A stretch of 64,000 nucleotides of DNA, from the NCBI GenBank assembly GCA_036785375.1, contig JAWMAR010000136.1, positions 1,550,001 through 1,614,000 on the forward strand, given 5' to 3'. Made by a program: the position numbers and the translations under genes. The notes below the pieces were generated by a model. It did not search any database and had not been told where the DNA came from. It saw only the letters and a program-made list of their open reading frames with translations. The DNA comes from Leucoraja ocellata. Lineage: Eukaryota. The stretch's first letter is position 1, and each line of letters begins with the position of its first letter. This document shows, one piece after another, positions 50,051-59,601 of the stretch.

Positions 50051-50398
50051 CATAAACCTGTATTCGTGTTCCTTGGCCCTTTTCATGAATTGGAGGGAAG
50101 ACATTTGGTACATTCACCGCACAAATGTAGTCGTAAAAAGAGTGACCAACCGATACATTTTCAATCTTCAGTGATACTGTACAGTTGTTGAAACCACGCC
50201 AGAGTGGGTGAGGAATGCAGAGCAAGTTGTTCGTGTTGCAAGTAACATCAGGCTCTCCAGGCGATGTCCGATACCATGAACCGCGGAGCCAGGCATTCAC
50301 ACTTCCATTATAACTAAACGTACAGTTTAACGTGACGGACTCGCCTCTGCACACCTTGACCAGACGTGGCTGGATCAAATTTGTGATTAGCGGAACTC
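50051..50398 (-). CDS. IgSF receptor, V-set domain with J-like G strand (KGQGTRIQV) and six cysteines
   Basis: ttttccaccag|GA...TATG|gtaaag; 348 nt, phase 1->1; GESVTLNCTF, WY, SLKIENV, YIC. Confidence 0.94.
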
Positions 50399-51154
50399 CT
50401 GGTGGAAAATAAATACATTTGTCAATGATACTCCCGTTAGTAGTTCAATAAACATCCACTTTACACACTGAACGAGGGATTGGGTTTCTAACGGAAACAA
50501 TACTTAAAAGAAACGCATTCAAATCTGACGTTTTCAAACAACGATTCTCGTTTCCATGATGGTTGCAAATGCGTTCTCTCAGCAGATTCGGTGGCAGGTG
50601 GCACCGTGATATTTGGACGCTAGAAAAGACACAAGTGGCTGGAGTAACTCGGCGGGTCAGGAAGCATCTCAGGAGCACATGGATGAGATGATTTTTTAAA
50701 GTCTGGAAAAGGGTCCCGACCCGAAACGCCTCCTATCCATGTTCTCCAGGGATGCTGCCTGCCTGACCCGCTGAGTTGCTCCAGCACTCTGTGTCTTCAC
50801 TTGCAAACCAGAATCTGCTGTTCTTCGTTTCTACACCTTCGTAAGATTCTTGCTTTGTGCTCTCTGATGGAGTTGTAGTGACCGAATTATATCTCAAATG
50901 TTTTAACTATTTGAATCTTTGCAGGCAATCGTAGTCAATGAAGATGCAAAACTTTTATTCCAACATTAAAAATATAGATTAAACGGAGACTAAATATTGT
51001 GAAGGGTTTCTCGGCCTTTGAGCAGAGATATTAATCGACTTGCTGTTTTAATAACAGACTCGGTCCTGAACTACCTATCGATGCAATATGCCACATACTG
51101 AAGATCCTCATCACGGCTCCTTGGTCCACAGATTGTCCGATCAACATAACTTGC

Positions 51155-51203
51155 CTTGTGTTCCTGCATGCAGGATGAAAAGCAGCTTCAGGAGGAGTTG
51201 CAT
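51155..51203 (-). CDS. IgSF receptor, exon 1 signal peptide MQLLLKLLFILHAGTQ(G)
   Basis: hydrophobic leader; AAG|GCAAGT GC-type donor in phase 1, in frame with the V exon. Confidence 0.85.
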
Positions 51204-51361
51204 CTTTACCCGGTTCTGACCGGCCCTGGAAATGTTAAACTCTCCGCCCGCGGTCAGCTCCAATCGTGCAAATGTCAAGTGAGGATGATCCGTCCGCTGT
51301 GAACTCGCATCTCAGACGGAGAATATCAGAGACTGTGAAATGCCAGAGGGTGTACTGAGCA

Positions 51362-51401
51362 GAGGAAGTTACGTTCGAGCCGAAGGAAGTTTTCACTTTC
51401 C
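51362..51401. promoter_or_regulatory. candidate immune promoter module: two ETS/PU.1 sites and an ISRE/IRF-E
   Basis: GAGGAAGT (51362), AAGGAAGT (51383) and TTTCACTTTCC (= GGAAAGTGAAA) 160-200 bp upstream of the ATG. Confidence 0.55.
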
Positions 51402-51789
51402 CTAGATTAATATCACTGCCTTTGTTCAAGCAAACACTGAGGATCTGTGTCAATGAAATCCACAGAGTGCGTGTTGGAAGAGAACGGAATCAAAAACAAT
51501 GTCACAGCATCTAAAACAGCTACCCCAGTCAATGCGCCGTCAGAGGGACTTCAGTGCCTTTTATAATTCGCTGCGGCAAGGTTGTCTTACTTCAAATACG
51601 TTTCTTTCACCCATTGAAGCATTTTGATAAAGTTTAACTCTCACTTCCTGCACTGGCACCACTGAAAAATGTTTTTTCCGCCCTTGTTCAACCTATAGCA
51701 CATAGGTTTAAAGTGAAGGGGGAGTTAATAGGAATCTGACGGGCAACTTTTTTTACACAATGACAAAAATGAGAGAAAAGGGAGCACAG

Positions 51790-52445
51790 GATTACCTGAA
51801 ATTGGAGATATGAACACATGTATGAATCCATTTTTCATTGTTCATAATGAATTGTAGATTACCCAGATGAGATCTGAAGTGCTGTTCTTCCAATCTGGAT
51901 TAGGCCTCACCATGGTCATGCAAAGGCCTAGGACAGACTGGTCAGTGTGAGTAGGAAGGGGAGATGAAAGGTCTGGCAACTGGGAAGACAGAATAGCCAT
52001 TAGGGACAGAGCACTTCCACGAGGCAGCTGCTTGATCTACAGCTGGTCTCGGCGATGTAGAGAAGATCACATCAGGAATACAAATTGAGTAGACAAAGTT
52101 GGAGCAGATTGTGAATCTACATCTGACCTGGAAATACTGTTTAGGTCACTGGATGGTAGTGAGGCCATAGATGTAGGAACAAGTGTAGCATCTCTGACGG
52201 TTGCAGTGGAAAGTGCTAGGGGGCAGGGATAATGTAAGTGGGTGGGAATGTATAAGTGAATTAGTGAGTGGCAGAGGGAAAGCAGGAAGAGATGGGATGG
52301 GGAAGATGTGACTGTTGGTGGGATCCCATCGCAGCTGGTGGAAAGGTAAAGACCAAGGGAATAGTATCTTTGTTAAATGGAGGAAATGTGAACGGGAGGT
52401 CCATCGACCACAGCAGAGGAGAAATCACATTTTGTGGAGGACATT
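51790..52445 (-). mobile_element. old Penelope-like relic (GIY-YIG region)
   Basis: degenerate similarity to the reverse complement of 18300-18980. Confidence 0.55.
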
Positions 52446-53724
52446 TGAGATGTTATAGAGTCATAGGGTCATACAGCATGGAAATAGGCCCATTGGCCCA
52501 ACTTGCTCACACTGGCCAACATGTCCCAGCTACACTAGTCCCTCCTGTCTGCTTTTGGTCCATATCCCACTAAACCTGTCCTATCCATGTACCTGTCTAA
52601 ATGTTTCTTAAACACTGCAAGAGATAGTACCTGCCTCAATTACCTCCTCTGGCAGCTCGTTCCATGCACCCTCCACCCTATCAGGTTCCTATTAAGCCTT
52701 TCCCCTTAAACCTTATTACCTTAAACCTATGATGAAAATAACTTCACCAGAGCCTATGTTCTGGAAAGGAAAGTCTCTTCTTGAGAGTAGATGCAACAGA
52801 AAAGGTGACACTGAGAGAAAGGGAAAGAAAGGTGGACTTACAGCACTTTGGTGCTGGCTCGAAGTACCAAATTACCTCGACTTGCACCTATTTTCTTTGT
52901 TTACAAGCGACCATGTGGGAGGAAGTCTTGTCAAGATCATTGTGCGAGTCAGTTGGACTATGTTAAATGTCAGTAGATTGTTAGTCTCCTGAGACAGTGA
53001 CAGAGAGATACAGAAAAAGGGAGAGATGTAAGAAACGGCCCAACTGAATTTTAGATTCATAGATAGAAGATCATAGTGAAGGTGATAAACAGAGTCATTA
53101 AAGTGTTTACTTGATTTTCACTCTACTCTTCTGTATTATATTCTGTGGTCAGATTGTGAATTAACCTCTTATATGGCATATGTGGAACTGCTCTGCATCT
53201 GTACACGGCCATATCATAACCAGACCTATTGGCACAGTAGATGCCGTTCCTATCTTTTCTACCAGTGCGCCACCTTGTGCATAAATTTAACATAGCAGTT
53301 ACATGCTTAAAATACATTTGGTTTGGTGCATTAAATGTAATATAACATGGGTATAATGATAAAATATAATGTAAGTTGGCACAGATTCGGTGGGTCAAAG
53401 TGTCTGTTTTCACGCTGAATCTCTTCATGACGGTGACTACCTTTTGCACCCTATTTGGTGAAAAATCTAGGCCTTTCCCAGTGGTGATCAGTTGTGAGAA
53501 ATCAATGTACTCAAGTACGATGGCTCATGTGATAAATTGGCCCATTATTTGGTTGTCTTCCCTCACTGCTTTGCAGATGAAGAAGAAAGGCATTTATGTG
53601 GAGAAGCTAGATAGTCAGCAAGGAAGAACAATTCTACTTTGGAAAAATAAGGGTATCAAGCAAGAACCAATTACTTTGTTGAGGTAGCTAAAGTAAATAT
53701 TATTTAAGAATTTAAGAAATAATT

Positions 53725-54320
53725 TAAGAATAAGGGCTAAGCCATTTAGAATGGAGACGACAAAACACTTTTTCTCACAGAGAGTTGTGAGTCTGTGGAA
53801 TTCTCTGCCTCAGAGGGCGGTGGAGGCCGGTTCTCTGGATACTTTCAAGAGAGAGCTAGATAGGGCTCTTAAAGATCAACCAACTTCCAACAATCAACCA
53901 ACTTCCAAATTCCCAAGTGTGTCGGATAATCAGACTTTTACTTAGCTCCATATTTGTAGTTTTCTTACTTTCAGAAAAACTGTTGATACAGTTGCTGCAG
54001 TTATCTGCACTTTGATTTATGTACTGAATCCTAGTGTAGTTCTTGCACCATCTGCTGGTCAAATATAAAACTGGATGGAGTTCAGAGAAGATTTACGAGG
54101 ATGTCTGTGGAATTCTCTGCTTTAGGCAAAGGCTGGTTCTCTGGATGTTTTCAAGAGAGAGCTAGATAGGGCTCTTAAAAATAGTGGAGTCAGGGGATAT
54201 GGGGAGTAGGCAGGAACGTGGTACTGATTGGGGATGATCGGCCATGATCACATTGAATGGCGGTGCTGGCTCGAAGGGCTGAATGGCCTACTCCTGCACC
54301 TATTATCTATTGTCTATTGT
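53725..54320 (+). mobile_element. two CR1/HER1-type 3' fragments
   Basis: FFSQRVVSLWNSLPQRAVEAG; 3' UTR ending ctattgtctattgtc. Confidence 0.75.
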
Positions 54321-55674
54321 CTTGATGTTGCTGGGACTTGAGCTAAAGGGAGAGGCTATTTATTTTTATTTTTTATATGACTGTAAGGGTAAGAAAATGT
54401 CGTTGTCTCTTAATTGAAGACAATGACAATAAATTAAATCAAAATCAAATCAAAACAAGGCTGGACAGGCTGGAACTTTATTCCTTGGAGCGTATGAGGA
54501 TGATGGATGCTGTGATAGATGTATATACGATCATGTGGGGAATAGATAGGGTAAATGGACAGGATATTTTACCCACAGTAGGGGAATCAAGAGCCAGAGG
54601 ACATATGTATAAAGTGAGAGAGAAAAGATTTTAATAGGAACCCGAGAGGCTACTTATTCACACACAGGGTAGTGGGTTTCTGGAAGAAGCTGCCAGAGGA
54701 GGTAGTTGAAGCAGGTACGACAAAAGTATTTGAAAGACATTTGGACAGGTACATGGTTGAAAAGGTTCAGAGGGATATGGGCCAACATGGGCAGGTGGGA
54801 CCAGTAAAGGTGGGTCAACTTGCTCGGCATGGGCCAGTTGAGGTGACGGGCCTGTTTCTGTGCTGTATGACTCCACAGCTCTAGAAATAATGCAAACTTA
54901 GCAAACTCACCCGTTATTGAGTTTAAGTTGAGAAAGAAATAGCCATAAACCTCCTATATGGGCCTGGACTGTTTGTAATGGCAAAATGTTTCTTTAATAA
55001 TGTTGGATTTGAGAAGGTTGTCCAAAGCATTGATAAATAAATTCCTCATTTGTCTTTATTTTATTGCCTCAGAAAATTGGTAACGAAATCAACTGGACAT
55101 ATGCACATGTAAGAGCTCTCCATGTAAGAGCTATCATTGGAAATAATTCTACCTAAATCGGACCCGTACAAATGCATCAGTGATGAAGCCAATGCATGAG
55201 ATGTGCGACTGTGGATTATCTTACTATTCTATCCACGTCTGCTGTGGGAGGCCAACCTCCTGTGCAAATATGGAAATAGGTTTGATTTTGGGTCACCTTC
55301 TTGTCGTCTCGGACAGTTCCAGAGTTGGTGGGCGATGATCTCAGGCAGGGTGTGTGCCTGATGAGAAGCATTTCATTCTTACATCGTAACAATTGGGGCA
55401 ATGGATTCTGCATGATAACTCTAATTTTTTGCTAGATGGAGGGGAACTACAATTCTTTACTCAAGTCCAGCATTTAATTAGAATTTACACATAATATCTG
55501 CAATGGGAACGTAAAAATCAATGATAGCAATACATAATTGCTGGCCAACTACATGATTCAGTCTTTATAAAACCGCGAGCCATTCTACATTTTCCTCATG
55601 GTATCAAAAGTTATTGCTGTGCACGTTTGGCGATATTTTATGTAAACCACATGTAATATTTGAAGAATCACTGG

Positions 55675-57430
55675 ATTCAAGATTCAAGATTCATGATTCA
55701 AGAGAGTTTATTGTCATGTGTTCCTGATAGGACAATGAAATTCTTGCTTTGCTTCAGCACAACAGAACATAGTAGGCATGACTACAGAACAGATCAGTGT
55801 GTCCATATAGAATTATATAAATATATACACACATGAATAAATAAACTGATAATGGGCTATTAATGTTCAGAGTTTTGTCCGAGCCAAGTTTAATAGCCTG
55901 ATGGCTGTGGGGAAGTAGCTATTCCTGAACTTGGTCGTTGCAGTGTTCAGGCTCCTGTACCTTCTACCCAAAGGTAGCGGGGAGATGAGTGTGTGGCCAG
56001 GTTGGTGTGGGTCCTTGATGATACTGCCAGCCTTTTTGAGGCAGCGATTGTGATAGATCCCCTCGATGGAAGGGAGGTCAGAGCCGATGACGGACCGGGC
56101 AGTGCTTACTACTTTTTGTAGTCTTTTCTGCTCCAGGGCGCTCAAGTTGCTGAACCAAGCCATGATGCAACCGGTCAGCATGCTCTCAACTGTGCACCTG
56201 TAGAAGTTAGAGAGAGTCCTCCTTGACAAACCGACTCCCTGTAATCTTCTCAGGAAGTAGAGGTGCTAATGTGCTTTCTTAATAGTTACATCAGTGTTCT
56301 CGGACCAGGAAAGATCTTCAGAGATGTGCACGGTCAGGAATTTGAAGTTCTTGACCCTTTCAACCATCGACCCGTTGATATAAACGGGACTGTGGGTCCC
56401 CATCCTACTTTTTCCAAAGTCCACAATCAGTTCCTTGGTTTTGCTGGTGTTGAGGGCCAGGTTATTGTGCTGGCACCATATGGACAGTCGCTCAATCTCT
56501 CTTCTATACTCTTATTCATCCCCATCAGTGATACGTCCCACAATAATGGTACCATCAGCGAGCTTGATGATGGAGTTCGCACTATGACAGGCTACGCAGT
56601 CATGAGTATAGAGTGAGTACAGCAGGGGGATGATCACGCAGCCTTGAGGTGCTCCGTGCTGATTGTTTTCGAGGCTGACACAATTCCACCAATATGAACA
56701 GACTGTGGTCTGTGAATGAGTAAGTCGAGGATCCAGTTGCAGAGGGATGCGCAGAGACCCAGTTCTGCGAGTTTGGTAACCAGCTTGGAGGGGACGATTG
56801 TATTAAATGCCGAGCTGTAATCAATGAATAACAGCCTGACATATGAGCTTTTGTTGTCCAAGTGGTCCAGAGCAGAGTGGAGGGACAGCGAGATCGCATC
56901 CACCGCTGATCTGTTGTGGCGGTCAGCGAACTGCAGTGGGTCCAGGTTTTTGTCGAGGTAGGACTAGATTTGCGCCATGATCAACCTCTCAAAGCACTTC
57001 ATCACCACAGGCGATAGTGCCGCTGGTCGATAGTCATTGAGGCACGTCACCTTGCTCTTCTTGGGCACTGGTATAATTGATGCCCTTTTAAAGCAGGTGG
57101 GAACCTCAGACCTCAGAAGTGAGAGGTTGAAAATGTCCGTAAAAACTCCAGCCAGTTGGTCCGCAAAGGTTTTTAGAACACGACCGGGTATACCATCAGG
57201 ACCAGGTGCTTTTCGAGGGTTCACCCCTCTGAAGGATTTTCTGACGTCGGCCTCTGTGACTGAGACTGAAATACCATCACAGTGAATGGGGGCTTGGGAA
57301 GGTACATCAGTATTCTCCCCATCAAAGCGTGCATAAAATGCATTGAGCTCGTCAGGGAGTGATGTTTCGCAGACATTCGAGCTGCCTCCTTATTTCGCCT
57401 TGTTGGAGGTGATTGCATTCAGGCCCCGCT
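55675..57430 (-). mobile_element. Rex1/Babar-type LINE, 5'-truncated, RT frameshifted
   Basis: NPRKAPGPDGIPGRVLK...FNLSL...PVPKK...NDYRP..MKCFERL; [16 protein letters not shown]; LSNFYRCTVES; (tcttgaa)n tail. Confidence 0.9.
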
Positions 57431-58265
57431 TGGAAGGTTTTTGTAAGGATGCAGTCTTCCACACATTTCTTTATGAACAGAAACAGGATTCAGTTATCAG
57501 AGTTTGATTCACTAAGTCATTTATTATACTACTAAATAAGGTACATACACTCACGTATCCCCGAATATCCCCGAATGCACATACAGACCCAGAATACACA
57601 GCAGAGCACACCGCAGGGTGTTCAAAATCACCAGACACCGTTCGCGACAAGGTCCAAGGCTGAGGTTCTCTCTCCAAAAGGGCGCCCAACACCAATATTT
57701 ATGGCATTTCCTATCAGAGCAGATCGCGCCATTGCCCCCTCCCTGAGCCAATTATAAGCCCCCCTTGTCTGCAACGTTTCTGCGCCACAAGCGACTGGGG
57801 GCGTGGGTGATCTACCAAACTATGGCAGTTGTGTTTTGTTCGGCAACACCACGCTTTCCCACTACGCTTTCCCCCTCCCACACCCTCCCCCCAGTTAGTC
57901 ACTCCACACCCTCGCTGGGTAACCCCAAGGCCAGTGATCGCTCTCATTGCCATCCGAAGGGGGGCTACAATGGGTGCGGTCGCACCCCCCCTTTTTCCCC
58001 CCAAAAAAAGTCCAGAGTGAAAAAAACGAATTGAGGCGCAATATTTTTTAATTCTACACCAGGCGAGAGGGAGCCTTGCCTTTGGGCTCCTTGGCCCTCT
58101 TGTAGCTGTACAGCAACTGGATAAATCCTGGCATTGCGCTCGAAGACAGAGAGGGCATATGCTTTTTCTTCCCCCAGAGCGGCTCGTCGCCACTATCGCT
58201 GCTGCTCTCTGAGCCTTGGCAGCTCATACTGTTAAGCCTGAGGACAAGGCTTTCGAAGGCGGAAT

Positions 58266-58430
58266 AAGAGAGGGGGGAGAGAAAGAGGGGGGAGAGAGAG
58301 GGGGGGAAGAGAGAGAGAGGGGGGGAGAGAGGGGGAGAAGAGAGAGGGGGGAAGAGAGAGGTGAGGGAGAGAGAGGGGAGGGAGAGAGAGGGGAGGGAGG
58401 GAGGGAGGGGAGAGGGAGAGAGGGGAAGGG
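58266..58430. repeat. GA-rich polypurine low-complexity tract
   Basis: about 165 nt consisting essentially of G and A. Confidence 0.93.
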
Positions 58431-59334
58431 GACAGACCCAAGCCGAGGCGCGAGCGGGTGGGGGAGCGAATGAGCATGGACCAAAGGAGCGCAGGTTGTG
58501 CCGACGCAGTCTTCGGCTATGATCTTTGGTCTTCAGTCGACAGGGCGACTTTTGAACAACGGGGGGAGGAGGGAGTGGTAGTAGGTGATGTCAGTCGCAG
58601 CGCGAGCAGATGGCAGGCAGATCCATTGTCACGTCATCAGCGAAAAACAGGCATTTGATTTCAAAGTTTGATTGGATTTGTGAACATTTTTATTAATAAC
58701 TCAAGAAATAAAGCACAACGTTTTCAGGTAAGTCGAATTTTGACTCCAGGGGGGAAATCTCTACCAGAATATGTACAAAATTTCCCGTTTGCGCGTCATC
58801 TTTTCAAGAAGATGTGAAAACACATAAACAAATAAATAAATACACACATACACACACACATCCAAGATCTGAGTTTTATCGTTATAAGGATATGATAGAA
58901 TCAAAATCAAGAATTATAAATTCACATTTCAAAAATGGTTTCACAATTCAGTAGTACAGTGTACTGATTTTCAGTATTCCATACTGATATTTGTGAAAAC
59001 ATGAGGTTGCATGCAAAATACTCATTTTCAAAAATCCAGTTTTTGCATAGTACTTTCTATTGCATTTATGTGAGAAATACAGATTTCCCCAACAAAATAC
59101 TGCATTTATTCACAATCACATTGTGTTTGGGAATTCAAAATGTGATTTGTGATCTTGTTTGTGAATAAATGGAACTAGGATCTGTTATAATAGTATGAGA
59201 GTAAATAGGTTAGTTTGAAAGTGATCATAGTAATGTAAATGCACCATTTAGTTTGACTTCAATTTTCATGATGGAAATTGAAGCCAAACTAAATGTTGTA
59301 TTCTCATCACCATTCCATGTTAAAATTGAATTTG

Positions 59335-59487
59335 GAGCAGCCTCAGTGTAAGAGTCCCGGGCCGTCGGAGGCGTCGGAAGCATGGTGCCGTTGCCGTGAA
59401 TGTCTCTGCGCCGAATTCGCCCTGGTGACCGGCATGGACCAGGCTGCAGCTCGGTGCATCCTAGAGGACAACCAGTGGCTGCTGGAA
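59335..59487 (+). pseudogene. TDP2: orphan TDP2 exon-1-like fragment (N-terminal UBA-like domain) retaining its splice donor
   Basis: RECLCAEFALVTGMDQAAARCILEDNQWLLE|gtaggt vs human RRLLCVEFASVASCDAAVAQCFLAENDWEME; no native start or downstream exons in the window. Confidence 0.72.
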
Positions 59488-59601
59488 GTAGGTACCAAGC
59501 ACTGAGTAGATGCGGTGGAAGATAGTGGCCTTCAAATGGGGGTGGTTGGAGAAAGCATCCTGCTTGCCTGCTAGATTTTCTGTAACTGCAGGAAAAAGGG
59601 G

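Larger units (their letters stand above)
55149..58890 (-). mobile_element. putative non-autonomous Helitron-like element, interrupted by the Rex-like LINE
   Basis: - strand 5' end TCCTTATAACGATAAAACTCAGATCTTG followed by a (GT)/(TTTA) microsatellite; candidate degenerate 3' end cgggtccgatttaggtag; pairing of the two ends is inferred. Confidence 0.4.

Noticed and set aside
50037-50398. Rearranging Ig/TCR/IgNAR V segment
   Set aside because: The V and J-like strand are contiguous in one exon and followed by a splice donor. I saw no RSS at the V end, and the tail carries ITIM/ITSM motifs, unlike antigen receptors.
53511-53568. Candidate minus-strand terminal exon SEGRQPNNGPIYHMSHRT* of an upstream paralog
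   Set aside because: It has a reasonable acceptor but no recognisable homology or linked exon in the window, so the support is too weak.
58216-58484. Glu/Gly/Arg-rich and Pro/Leu/Ser-rich ORFs
   Set aside because: Artefacts of the GA low-complexity tract.
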